A stretch of 26,848 bases of DNA from Ignisphaera sp. (GCA_038821645.1 JAWBDT010000020.1:1-26848), one strand, 5' to 3'. Shown: positions 1-10,316, numbered from the stretch's first letter. Made by a program: numbers and translations. Notes: generated by a model from the sequence alone, not told the origin.

Positions 1-611
1 TCATCAACATCTATTCTCTCTCTAGAGGGTGTATAGATATACGTCCTAGGGCCACAAACAGGACAGCTTATCCCCTGTCCATGGAATCTCCTAACATCAG
101 CTGGATCTCTATAGCTCTTCAAACACTTTTCACACATTTTGAAGCTGTTCATTGATGTATTAACTCTATCGTATGGAAGATTGAATATCATCGAGAACCT
201 AGGTCCACACCATGCGCAACTGTTCCATGGATATCTATAGAATCTTGATCCAGGATCAAGTATCTCTTCAATACAGTTGTTACATATAGCTATATCTGGT
301 GGAATCATACTCCTGATCTCTGGTTTTGAACGGCTTTCACTAATAACGAATTCTCTATATCCCTGGGGAACAACCTCCTCTATATACATGTTCACTATTC
401 TTGCATACGGAGGTTTTTCTCGATACAATCTATCTATGAATTCCTCTATATCACTAGAGCTCCCCTCCAAGTGGATTTCGACTTCACTTCCACCAAGATT
501 GACAACATATCCCTTCAGCTTAAGCTCATTAGCAAGTCTGTAGACAAAAGGTCTAAAACCAACACCTTGAACAATACCTATAACCCTAATCTTAATTGCT
601 CTAATATCCAC
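1..611 (-). CDS. hypF: Hydrogenase maturation carbamoyltransferase HypF, 5' part; runs off the window start and is absent from the ORF track
   Basis: Manual minus-strand translation from GTG at 611 (GGTG SD 8 nt upstream): MDIRAIKIRVIGIVQGVGFRPFVYRLANELKLKGYVVNLGGSEVEI (acylphosphatase domain), then IPPDIAICNNC, YPWNSCAWCGPRF, LPYDR, MCEKC and RRFHGQGISCPVCGP (HypF zinc fingers). Frame open to the edge. Confidence 0.95.
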   Translation of the reverse strand, partial: MDIRAIKIRVIGIVQGVGFRPFVYRLANELKLKGYVVNLGGSEVEIHLEGSSSDIEEFIDRLYREKPPYARIVNMYIEEVVPQGYREFVISESRSKPEIRSMIPPDIAICNNCIEEILDPGSRFYRYPWNSCAWCGPRFSMIFNLPYDRVNTSMNSFKMCEKCLKSYRDPADVRRFHGQGISCPVCGPRTYIYTPSRERIDVD

Positions 612-818
612 TAGGTAAACACCATAGAGATTATCTGGATGTAGAGATCATTCTACGTTTTTTAACAAATATTACTATGATATCACAAATCATTTAGAGG
701 ATATTAAGTTTATACATACTGAATCAAGTACTTATGATTCGATCCAGTTATAATCTATTAACAATTATGAATATATTTTATATTATCAGCCAACCCTTAG
801 TAATAAGGTGAAAACCAA

Positions 819-1838
819 GTGATGAAACTAATGTTTATAGGGGCATCTATATGTGATATTATTCTAGTTACTCCTTATCTAAGTAAACCAGGAGATATTG
901 TGTATCTAGATAAAGGTATAACGATATCGATTGGAGGACATCCATGCAATATCTCTATAGATCTAGTCAAGCTTGGCTACAAACCATCAGACATATACAT
1001 TGTGTCTACAATTGGTGAAGATTTTTGTGGTAAATTTATCGAAGAGAATTTGAGGAAATTTTCTCTAAATCTAAAACTCTTCAAGATCAGTAGAGTAGGA
1101 TCTAATAAGAACGTTATATTGGTGATTGATGGAGAAGATAGGAGATTTCATGCAGAAGTTGGTGCAAGCATGTATCTACCTCTAGAAGACATTATCAACT
1201 ATATTGTGGAAGTTAAACCGAGATTACTCCATATAGCGCCAGGACTTCTAGGTGATATAGATACAAACTTATCAACTGTTTTAAGTATCGCTAAAGACAT
1301 TGGTGCGATAACCTTTATTGATGTTGGTGTAGCTAAACCCTATGGTGAAGAGGATTGGAGTTTTCTTTTAGAAGCACTAAAACATGTAGATATACTTCAC
1401 AGCAGTAGATACGAGCTTAAGAATATCTTTGGTACAGAAGATATCTATACCAATATTAGGAATATTCTTGATAAAGGTGTTAAAATGGTTATTGTAACAG
1501 ATGGTGAAAAAGGAGCATATATAGCTAAAGACGGCTATGTATTGTATCAAAAAGCGTTTAAAGTAGATGCTATAGATCCTACAGGTGCTGGTGATGCTTT
1601 TCAAGCTGGATTTCTATATAAATTGATAGATCTAATTGATGATAAACTAAACGTAGACTACATAAACAGTATGGGGTATGATGAACTTGTAGAGATATTA
1701 ACTTATGCACAAGCTGTAGGAGCTATATGTGTCACAGAATCAGGAGCAACAACAGCTATAGCAAGAGAAAATGTAGAGAAGCTTCTTAATGAGCAGAAAG
1801 AGTTTGTGATAAAAACCACAACTAGAATAAAGCTTTGA
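819..1838 (+). CDS. PfkB/ribokinase-family carbohydrate kinase
   Basis: IGGHPCN N-terminal motif, VTDGEKGA and the DPTGAGDAF signature; GGTGA SD at 807-811. Confidence 0.9.
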   Translation: MMKLMFIGASICDIILVTPYLSKPGDIVYLDKGITISIGGHPCNISIDLVKLGYKPSDIYIVSTIGEDFCGKFIEENLRKFSLNLKLFKISRVGSNKNVILVIDGEDRRFHAEVGASMYLPLEDIINYIVEVKPRLLHIAPGLLGDIDTNLSTVLSIAKDIGAITFIDVGVAKPYGEEDWSFLLEALKHVDILHSSRYELKNIFGTEDIYTNIRNILDKGVKMVIVTDGEKGAYIAKDGYVLYQKAFKVDAIDPTGAGDAFQAGFLYKLIDLIDDKLNVDYINSMGYDELVEILTYAQAVGAICVTESGATTAIARENVEKLLNEQKEFVIKTTTRIKL

Positions 1839-2149
1839 ATAGCAGAATATATAAATATCAATCAATCCAATAATTACGGTACACACTAAGACTGACTAAT
1901 ACTGTCATATAGAAGCTACAAAATACATTCTTCCTTGTTAAAACACTTCTAGAGATTCATGATAATATTGTAGAGTTATATAGAAACAACAACTCTTAAC
2001 TTTATAGCATTCTGATTAGATAGAGCTCTAGGACATAGATATACAGACTTATGATGATATTCATACATCTACAATAGTCATGAATATTAGAGCAGTATCT
2101 AGTGTCATTCTTGATACACTATCATCCCCTATATAGGTTCTTTACTAGC

Positions 2150-2790
2150 CACAGATACAAAGCTTAAACGTTTTTGAAACATCTTTTAGGAAGATATTAA
2201 CACATAGAATATAGATTGAGAGTATTCAGAAAAGATTCTCTAAATCATAGAGATTTGTTAAAGGTGATAGAGAAGTTATCAAAAATCACGATAATAAAAT
2301 AAAGAGTATTGCATGAGATTATATATACAAGATAGGTGATAGAGATGCGAAGTTAGCTAACGAATATAATTCAGCCATAGCTCTCGAAAACCTATACAAA
2401 CAACTTAGGTAGAGTCAACAGTAATAGCTTATTCAATAGAAACTATCCCAATGGTTCTATAGAAAACTACATTTCACTATAAACTATAAAGCTCTTGAGA
2501 AAAGACTTAAAACTAAGTATATCAATCCAAAGAAACATTATCAACATATCCAAGATATAGAAATAGATTAAAAACAATAACGATAGAGTATCACAATACA
2601 TTAAATTCATATCAACAAGAAATATAGACATAACTAAATACATCAACTTACTCCTAAGATACTCAAGTATAGAGATCTAGAAATACCCAAATACCCAAGA
2701 ACAATAAAAACCAAGACCAATACAGAGAAAAAGAAATAAAACAATAACACTAACCAATACAAATCCATACCAAAGCGACCTAATACATTG
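2150..2790 (+). pseudogene. tnpB: Degraded IS200/IS605-family tnpB (RNA-guided nuclease) relic
   Basis: Stitched translation: KLKRF/ETSFRKILTHRI*IESIQKRFSKS*RFVKG...KIKSIA*DYIYKIG...AIALENL (RuvC-II-like, 2374-2394), LSQWFYRKLHFTINYKALEKRLKTKYINPK, TLSTYPRYR (2535-2561, decayed TSSTCPRCG zinc finger), YINLLLRYS. Stops at 2212, 2248 and 2314 plus several frameshifts. Boundaries approximate. Confidence 0.8.
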
Positions 2791-3369
2791 TCACTTATCT
2801 TCGACATAATCATATTATTGTGGGTGTTGTAACGCTAATCTTCATAGTAGGAATAATATTTCTTGTCTTTGGAATAATAGGTATCATTATGTATGTTAAT
2901 TGTAAAGAAGTTGTATTTATTGTTGAAAATGGAGAGTAGAGATGAGCTAAAGAGGAAAGACTTACATGGATAATTATAGGATTCATATTTGAAGAGTATG
3001 ATAGTTAGTATTATTTTGTTAATAACATATCTAAAGTATGATGAATTGTTAAAACATGTACTCTCTTCAGCACCTATAGGAACATTCATCTAGTACGTAT
3101 CTCTAAAGATAATAGGTTTCAAGTTTAGATACTAGTTCATCTATTTTTGTAGTATTGTTAATGTTTAGGATTGAAGATCAATATATAAGAGATCTAACAA
3201 CATTATCAATGTTTCATAATTTATAGAATTATAGAAAAATGAGGATCTAGTTCAATTAACAAGGATGTTACTTGTAACTCTTATATTGATATCCATGACA
3301 ATACTATATTTGTTTAATGGTGAGTGTTTTTAGTTCAATTAATTAACTATATTACTCATATGGATCTCA

Positions 3370-4968
3370 CTAATTGTTGCCTGTAAAAGTTTGATGATCC
3401 CAGATACGTTTTCCTCCAATATAGGTTTCGAGTACCTTTATGTCTTTAAGCTCTTTTTCATCTACTGATAGAGGATCTCTATCGACCACTACGAAGTCTG
3501 CTAACTTACCTACATCAAGTGTTCCTAGATTCTCTTCTTCGTGCATAATGTATGCTGATCCCCATGTGTATAGATAGAGAGCTTCTTCTATAGATAGTCT
3601 CTGGTCTTCTGTATCCTTGTAGTGTGGTATATTCTCGTATTTTCCTCTTGTTACTGCTGCATAGATTGATTGCCATGGATTTACAGGTTCTACAGGGCTA
3701 TCTGTTCCAAAACCTATTGGTATGTTCTTTTCAAGTAGTGATCTGAAGGGATAGAGCCACTTTATCCTTTCGCTACCTAGCCTCTGCTTAGCCCACCAAT
3801 CGGATATTATGAAGTGTGGTTGAACTGCTACAGATACTCTTAATCTAGCTATTTCCTCTATCTGGTCTCTTCTAAGTAGTGATGCATGCTCTATTCTGTG
3901 TCTATACTTATCAACATCTTTGAGTTCTCTATATACATCTAGAATAGTGTCTATTGCTTTATCCCCTATACCATGTACAGCTAGCTGGAGACCTATGTCG
4001 TGAACTTTTTTAGCAAGTGATTTAAGATCTCTAGAATTGATTACAGGAGAACCACATGTAGAAGGATCATCTTCATATGGTTTTGATAACCATGCTGTTC
4101 TAGCACCCAGACTCCCATCAACAAAGATTTTCACACCCATTATCTTTAGATATGTGTCGCCAAATCCTTTCTTTAGACCAATGCCTTTAAGAAGATCTAG
4201 CACTTCCCATGATTTACCTGGATCTAGATAGACTCTAACCCTTATCGGAAGTCTATTCTCAGACCAGAGCTCAATTAATGCTCTTAAAGCTTTCACATTA
4301 CATCCAACAAAACCTACTGTTGTAACGCCTTGTGAAGCTATGTATTTAGCTGCTTCAAGTATATACCTCTTATAGTCTTCAACAGATAGAGATTCACTAA
4401 TCTTGTCTCTAGCAAACTCTAGAGCCTCTTCTCTAACAATACCTGTTGGAACACCCTTTTCATCTCTTACAACATTAGGTGAAACAATATTCGAGACACC
4501 TGTTATCTCCATAGCTCTTGTATTGAGTACAGCTATATGCATACATATCCTCATCAACATAACAGGTCTATTGCTAACAACTTCATCTATATCCCATCTA
4601 GTTGGCCATCTCTTCTCCTCAAATAATTCTTGATCCCATCCAAAACCAAGTATCCAGACAGTTTCAACTTTCTTAGAATAATCTTTGAGTCTCTCTTTTA
4701 ACTCGCTTATACTTTTAACTCCACGAAGATCTAGCATAGATAAATAAATACCAACTCCATCGAGATGAATATGGGAGTCTATGAATCCTGGAATAACAGT
4801 TCTACCTTTGAGATCAACAATATCTCCTCCAAAGAGCTTCACAATACTTTCTGCAACACCATTATCACCCGCATAGAGAACTCTTTCACCATCAACAACT
4901 ATAGCTTTAACCTTCTTAAGAGGCTTAAGAGATAGGTATATATTACCATTAACAAAACCTATAACCAC
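3370..4968 (-). CDS. Metal-dependent amidohydrolase (amidohydrolase_3 / YtcJ-like)
   Basis: DLKGRTVIPGFIDSHIH, VKIFVDGSLGARTA, HGIGD, RIEHAS, GTDSP and GKLADFVV motifs; GGTG SD 7 nt before GTG. Confidence 0.92.
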   Translation of the reverse strand: MVIGFVNGNIYLSLKPLKKVKAIVVDGERVLYAGDNGVAESIVKLFGGDIVDLKGRTVIPGFIDSHIHLDGVGIYLSMLDLRGVKSISELKERLKDYSKKVETVWILGFGWDQELFEEKRWPTRWDIDEVVSNRPVMLMRICMHIAVLNTRAMEITGVSNIVSPNVVRDEKGVPTGIVREEALEFARDKISESLSVEDYKRYILEAAKYIASQGVTTVGFVGCNVKALRALIELWSENRLPIRVRVYLDPGKSWEVLDLLKGIGLKKGFGDTYLKIMGVKIFVDGSLGARTAWLSKPYEDDPSTCGSPVINSRDLKSLAKKVHDIGLQLAVHGIGDKAIDTILDVYRELKDVDKYRHRIEHASLLRRDQIEEIARLRVSVAVQPHFIISDWWAKQRLGSERIKWLYPFRSLLEKNIPIGFGTDSPVEPVNPWQSIYAAVTRGKYENIPHYKDTEDQRLSIEEALYLYTWGSAYIMHEEENLGTLDVGKLADFVVVDRDPLSVDEKELKDIKVLETYIGGKRIWDHQTFTGNN

Positions 4969-5315
4969 AACTACTCACCAGATTTATAGAGTTTGCTGAA
5001 CATTAAATACTCATCTGCTGACACAACCAATAAACACACAACTATAGAGACTTCCAATAGACAATCATACAATAGCTTTCTATAACTTCTACCAACGATA
5101 CCTTCATTATGTTAAGCAAAATCTCTAAAGTAAGGTCCATCTTTCTGAAATATCAATTCAATAGTAAATAATCATAACACATAAATATTACTCTATATCT
5201 ATTTTACTACGAATACTATATAATGTACAGAAATATTGTTTCCATCAGATCCTAAGCTTAATATACTCTACCCATCTGATTAACCAACATAGATACTGTT
5301 CCAGGGGACCAGTCT

Positions 5316-6080
5316 TTGGTTATCTACCCCGTTAAACATGTTTCATGGAATGAAGTTGTTGATTGGAGTATAAGGCTTACCGATAAAGTAAAGTCTAGTG
5401 GCTATCTACCTGATGTAGTTGTAGCTATCGGTAGAGGTGGTATTGTTGTATCTAGAATTATCTGTGATCTCCTCGATATAAATAGGCTTATCGTTATACC
5501 AATTAGATGGAGAGAAACTAAAAGAACAGTTGGAGAAAGTTATCTAGCTGATCTAGTGAGATGTTTCTCTAGAAGTTCAAGTATAGAAATGTGTATAGCT
5601 GATATCGTTAAAAACCTCAGTATCGAGGTTGTATTTGAATACAATATCGATTTGAATGGATATAGAGCTCTAGCCGTTGAAGAAATTTCCGCTACAGGTC
5701 TCCATCTAGCAAAAGCTAGAGATATCATTAAGAACATATGGAGAGCAGATGAAGTAAAAACAGCAACACTTATATGGAAAGCTGCTACCTCTCCTCTGAA
5801 ACCAGACTACACGTTTATAGAGACTAAGAGCTTCGTATGGTTCCAGTTTCCATGGTCAAGAGCATCAGATTACCAACAGTTCGCTAAAGTAGCTATAGAA
5901 GAAGAGTATATGAAGCATGGTAAAGACATATGGACTCTAGAAGATATAGTCGAGCTATTTAGAAAGTGGTATGGATTTGAGCCAGAGAGAAGGTACCTTG
6001 AGATAGCTCTAGCCAAACTTATTGAACTTGGTACACTAGAAAAAGTTAATGAAATATATAGAGTCAGTAGGGGGCGGTGA
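5316..6080 (+). CDS. Type I phosphoribosyltransferase-family protein with a C-terminal winged-helix-like extension
   Basis: PDVVVAIGRGG, PRPP loop ALAVEEISATGLHL, VKTATL, PDY and WFQFPW, typical of archaeal purine PRT-like proteins. Confidence 0.85.
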   Translation: MVIYPVKHVSWNEVVDWSIRLTDKVKSSGYLPDVVVAIGRGGIVVSRIICDLLDINRLIVIPIRWRETKRTVGESYLADLVRCFSRSSSIEMCIADIVKNLSIEVVFEYNIDLNGYRALAVEEISATGLHLAKARDIIKNIWRADEVKTATLIWKAATSPLKPDYTFIETKSFVWFQFPWSRASDYQQFAKVAIEEEYMKHGKDIWTLEDIVELFRKWYGFEPERRYLEIALAKLIELGTLEKVNEIYRVSRGR

Positions 6081-6120
6081 TTCTTCATCAATCAGATCCG
6101 GCCTAGCATACATCATCTAG
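6062..6120 (-). ncRNA. Candidate box C/D 2'-O-methylation guide sRNA
   Basis: Minus strand: TAGATGA (C, 6119-6113), 17-nt guide TGTATGCTAGGCCGGAT, CTGA (D', 6095-6092), TTGATGA (C', 6091-6085), 17-nt guide AGAATCACCGCCCCCTA, CTGA (D, 6067-6064). Guides are GC-rich in an AT-rich background. Confidence 0.55.
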
Positions 6121-6179
6121 ACATCTCGATAACAATATGATTTCTTCTGAGTTTATATTTCTAGCAAAGATAACCTTGA

Positions 6180-6488
6180 CTATACTTTCAACTTTTCTTC
6201 AACACTTTTCACCTTATCTAAAGGTTTCATATCTTTATCGAATCTAACATCTATATACACATGTATTAGAACACGATCAACACCTTGTTCCCTCATACAT
6301 TTAACAACATCTTCAACAATTAATGAAACTTCATCTAAGGTGTTAATTTCTATGACAGTACCCATAGGTCCCAGGATATAGCTGTAACCTTTTCTAGCTA
6401 TAGATTCTACAACTCTAGCTATATAGCTACTTAAGCTTGTTGTACTTGTACCTATCGGTATAACCTTAAGCTCTAAAATTATCGCCAT
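6180..6488 (-). CDS. MTH1187/YkoF-family thiamine-binding protein
   Basis: ELKVIPIGT..TSLSSYI, LGPMGTVIE, DRV and KVKSVEEKL; about 100 aa; GAGGTG SD. Confidence 0.9.
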   Translation of the reverse strand: MAIILELKVIPIGTSTTSLSSYIARVVESIARKGYSYILGPMGTVIEINTLDEVSLIVEDVVKCMREQGVDRVLIHVYIDVRFDKDMKPLDKVKSVEEKLKV

Positions 6489-6860
6489 AATGAATACACC
6501 TCTGTAACTGTTTCCAGAGTACTATACCTTAAGGTATTTAGATATCTAGTACATAAGGTAATGATCTTAGCTTAAATATCTAGAAGGCTCTACATATATT
6601 CAGCAATAGTTTCATCAAAAATAGGCTACTGAATACATATCTATATGGCTATTTATTTTGTTTTATCTCATGTATCATGATATTCCTCCAGTATCACAAT
6701 ATACTACTTTATGATACAAATATTAGAGTCTAAATCTAGATGCTAAGTCGAAAGCATCATGATTAATTATACATAAACAAATTATATATAGTTCACCAGT
6801 AATAGCAAAGCATTTATTTCGACAGAAACTAATTCTTATATAGCATAGAGAGTAGAGAAT

Positions 6861-8243
6861 ATGTCTATATCGAATTCAATGCAGCAGAACCTCATGTTTA
6901 TAAAGATCAAGAACTATGCTCTATTTGATGATCTAGATCTAGAATTAAGACCTTTAACGATATTTATCGGTAGAAACATAACAGGTAAAAGTTCTCTACT
7001 CAACTTAATGTGGATGGTATTATCACTAGAGCCAGATCTCGAGAAATTTAGAGAAATCATGACCGATCTAGGCTATACAAGAATTGTTGATAATATAATT
7101 GAAAAAGCTAAAAGAGGTATGGATATAGAGAAAGAGTTTAGAGAGCTTGTTAAATTGGCACTAAAGGTTCTACCTAAAGCTCTAGAAAGTAACTTCAATA
7201 AGAGATTTAGAGATCCATTTAAACGTTATCTAGAAGTATTTAGTAGAGATAGAGATATATCTATAGAGATTGGTGGTGGAGTTCCTGAAGAATCTAAGCA
7301 TATACTGAGGATAAGTTACGATAGAGCTGCTGGAATATTTAGGATAGGGTATATAGAGCCTCACGTGATTCTAGAGGTTGGTGATAGAATTGGTGCTAAG
7401 GTTGTGCGAGAGATAGTGACAAGATCCTTCATAGGTGTTCAGAGGAATTATGTATATGGTTTTTCACTAGATGTGCAAACTATAGAAGAAGCTGCTATAG
7501 TTGAACACAAAGATGTGGAAAAGATACTAACAAACACTATTAGAGCCATAACCACAAGAATTATGTCTCCATGGTTATCAGGAGAAGATAAAACAATCTA
7601 CTGTATTAGTGATAGAACTTGGCTGATCAAGATCTCTACAAGATCATGGTCTAGAGCTGAAGAATATATGTTCACATATCTAGAGAGAGCATTCATTAAG
7701 AGCTATAGCCATTTAATAGATCTACTCTACAACAATATGATAGATCTAGATGTTTTTAGAGATGTTCTAGCCAAAATAGGGGTAGACGAGGTATCAGTAA
7801 AGAGCTCAAAAGAATATAGATCTTTATACATTAGATTATGGAATGGTTTAGAGCTACCTATCGAGGAAACCCCCTCGAGTATCAGGGGAATAATACCAAC
7901 TCTTCTAGCCCTAGCATCTAAAGCAACACCTGTTGTGATCATAGAGGATCCCGAGATCCATCTTGATCCATCATCTGTTCATGCTCTAGGAAGAGCCATA
8001 ATTAGAGCAGTAAAAATGATGAATAAGTATGTCATAATCTCCACACATAACATAGATCTACTCACCACTTTCGTGAAAGCCGGTAAACATGGCTATGATG
8101 TTCGTAGAGAATCAGATGACGAGATTTTATTGCCAGAGGTTATAGCACTATATCTATTCAAATACGATAAAGACATAAAGAAGATAAATATCAAAAGAAT
8201 TGATATTCTTCAAGAAGGTTTAAATATAAAAGAATTGATGTAG
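6861..8243 (+). CDS. ABC-type (AAA_15/AAA_21-like) ATPase
   Basis: IKIKNY..F N-terminus, Walker A GRNITGKS, Walker B/D-loop VVIIEDPEIHLDP and H-loop ISTHN. Confidence 0.85.
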   Translation: MSISNSMQQNLMFIKIKNYALFDDLDLELRPLTIFIGRNITGKSSLLNLMWMVLSLEPDLEKFREIMTDLGYTRIVDNIIEKAKRGMDIEKEFRELVKLALKVLPKALESNFNKRFRDPFKRYLEVFSRDRDISIEIGGGVPEESKHILRISYDRAAGIFRIGYIEPHVILEVGDRIGAKVVREIVTRSFIGVQRNYVYGFSLDVQTIEEAAIVEHKDVEKILTNTIRAITTRIMSPWLSGEDKTIYCISDRTWLIKISTRSWSRAEEYMFTYLERAFIKSYSHLIDLLYNNMIDLDVFRDVLAKIGVDEVSVKSSKEYRSLYIRLWNGLELPIEETPSSIRGIIPTLLALASKATPVVIIEDPEIHLDPSSVHALGRAIIRAVKMMNKYVIISTHNIDLLTTFVKAGKHGYDVRRESDDEILLPEVIALYLFKYDKDIKKINIKRIDILQEGLNIKELM

Positions 8244-8795
8244 ATTCAGTATAATGATTGTCAACAAATTCATACTTAACCGTTTATGATCAATAATTCC
8301 GAAAGAGATGCTATCGATAGAGCACTACATATTGTCTAAAAGGGAAAGAAATACAACTTATCGATGTATTTATGTAATGGTGAGGAGCATATTAATATTA
8401 GCTAAAACATAGAGATAGAGTAAACTTACTAGAGTAAACTTAGGTTCTCATTAGATATCGCTATGAAATACGATACCATAATAAAGAATAGTATGATCTA
8501 GAAACCATTAGAAATATTGTATTCGTCTTCTTTATATGTTGACAAAATTGCTTCAGGATTAATCATCAAGATGATACTGTTTATCTACATGATTTAATGA
8601 TTTAAGATTCGTTATTGCTAGATATAAAGCTACTGATTGTGAATCTTTAGTAAAGATAAATTCTATAGTATAAACAGCTATGTCTGAAATAGATTTATTA
8701 TGAGTTGTATTGCTATACTTAGTAATAACTGTCAATATGAGCATCCTTAAAATATTGAATTAAAGATTTATTGTATCTGAGGGTGGTTTGCCTGT

Positions 8796-10316
8796 ATGGT
8801 GTTTGAACTTAGAGGTGATCTGTTTAGAGAAATAGCTGAGGAGGTAGATGGTATACATGTATTCAAGACATTTTTGGCTGGTGAATGGGTTTCGGGTAGT
8901 AGTTTTATGGATGTTAGAAGCCCTATAGATTTGAGTGTTATTGGTAGAGTTCCTAAGCTTAGTTGGAGTGATGTTGATAGAGCTTTAGATAAAGTCTATA
9001 GGGTTGGTAGATGGAGTGTAAGGGATCTTCCTGGATGGAGAAGACTAGAGATTCTTGAAAAGATTGGAGATCTGATTGAGAAGTATCGTGAAGATTTTGT
9101 AAACCTCTTGATAATTAATACCGGTAAAACTCGTTCACAAGCTCAGGGAGAGATAAATGCATCTATAGATAGACTTAGAAGAGCTGATCTAGATGCTCGA
9201 AAGATATTTGGTGATTATATTCCTGGTGATTGGGATCAAACAACAGTAGAGACAGAAGCAATTGTGAGGAGAGAGCCTTTTGGTGTAGTTCTGGCTATAA
9301 TACCCTTCAATTACCCGCTATTTGATACTGTTGCTAAATTCACATATAGTGTTGTTGCTGGAAATGCTATTGTAGTTAAACCTCCGTCAGTAGATCCTCT
9401 TCCAGTCATACTCTTTGCAAAAGTTGTTGAAGAAGCTGGATTTCCTAGAGAAGGTTTTGCTGTATTGACTGTACCCGGTAGAGAGAGTACCGATTTGGTG
9501 TCTGATAGAAGGATACATGTCATAAGTTTCACAGGCAGTAGTGAGACTGGTAGAAAGGTTATAGCTAGTGCTGGTATAAAGCAATTCGTTATGGAGCTTG
9601 GGGGAGGTGATCCAGCGATAGTTCTAGAGGATGCAGATCTAGATCTAGCTGCTGAAAGAATAGCTCTAGGAATATATAGTTATGCTGGACAGAGATGTGA
9701 TGCTATAAAGCTCGTTCTAGTAGAAGATGATGTATACCTCAAGCTTAAGGAAAAGCTAATCAACAATCTATCAAAAGTTGTTGTTGGTGATCCAAGAGAC
9801 GAGAAAACAACTATGGGTCCACTAATAGATCCTGAAACTGTTGATAAAATGCTTGAAGCAGTTAAAGAAGCTATTGAAAGAGGTGGAGTCATACTGTATG
9901 GCGGTAAGAGATTAGGTGCAACTTATGTAGAGCCAACACTTATAGAAGTACTTGATAAAAATATACTAAAAGAGCTCAAGCTATATAAAGATGAGATATT
10001 TGCCCCAGTAGCTCTGATAACCAGCTTTAGAGATCTTGATGAAGCTATAGAGCTTGCCAATGGAAGAAGATACGGATTAGATGTATCGATTTTTGGCTAC
10101 AACATAGATAAGATAAGGAAACTTATAAGATACCTAGAATTTGGAGCTATATATGTAAACGATATGCCTAGACATGGAGTAGGCTACTATCCATTTGGAG
10201 GAAGAAAAGATTCCGGTATAGGTAGAGAAGGAATAGGTTACTCGATAGAACATGTTACAGCATACAAAACAATAATATTCAACTATAAAGGAAGAGGGAT
10301 CTGGAGATACCTATAG
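8796..10316 (+). CDS. gapN: Non-phosphorylating glyceraldehyde-3-phosphate dehydrogenase GAPN
   Basis: ALDH fold: [41 protein letters not shown] and [12 protein letters not shown]. The [14 protein letters not shown] and C-terminal YKGRGIW motifs match the hyperthermophilic archaeal GAPN subfamily. Confidence 0.92.
   Translation: MVFELRGDLFREIAEEVDGIHVFKTFLAGEWVSGSSFMDVRSPIDLSVIGRVPKLSWSDVDRALDKVYRVGRWSVRDLPGWRRLEILEKIGDLIEKYREDFVNLLIINTGKTRSQAQGEINASIDRLRRADLDARKIFGDYIPGDWDQTTVETEAIVRREPFGVVLAIIPFNYPLFDTVAKFTYSVVAGNAIVVKPPSVDPLPVILFAKVVEEAGFPREGFAVLTVPGRESTDLVSDRRIHVISFTGSSETGRKVIASAGIKQFVMELGGGDPAIVLEDADLDLAAERIALGIYSYAGQRCDAIKLVLVEDDVYLKLKEKLINNLSKVVVGDPRDEKTTMGPLIDPETVDKMLEAVKEAIERGGVILYGGKRLGATYVEPTLIEVLDKNILKELKLYKDEIFAPVALITSFRDLDEAIELANGRRYGLDVSIFGYNIDKIRKLIRYLEFGAIYVNDMPRHGVGYYPFGGRKDSGIGREGIGYSIEHVTAYKTIIFNYKGRGIWRYL

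Noticed and set aside
277-543. 88-aa plus-strand ORF
   Set aside because: Antisense shadow of hypF.
2835-3089. 84-aa minus-strand ORF
   Set aside because: Low-complexity Y/N/S-rich translation with no SD; the opposite strand looks more coding-like.
8559-8744. 61-aa minus-strand ORF upstream of gapN
   Set aside because: No motif or SD; AT-rich promoter region.
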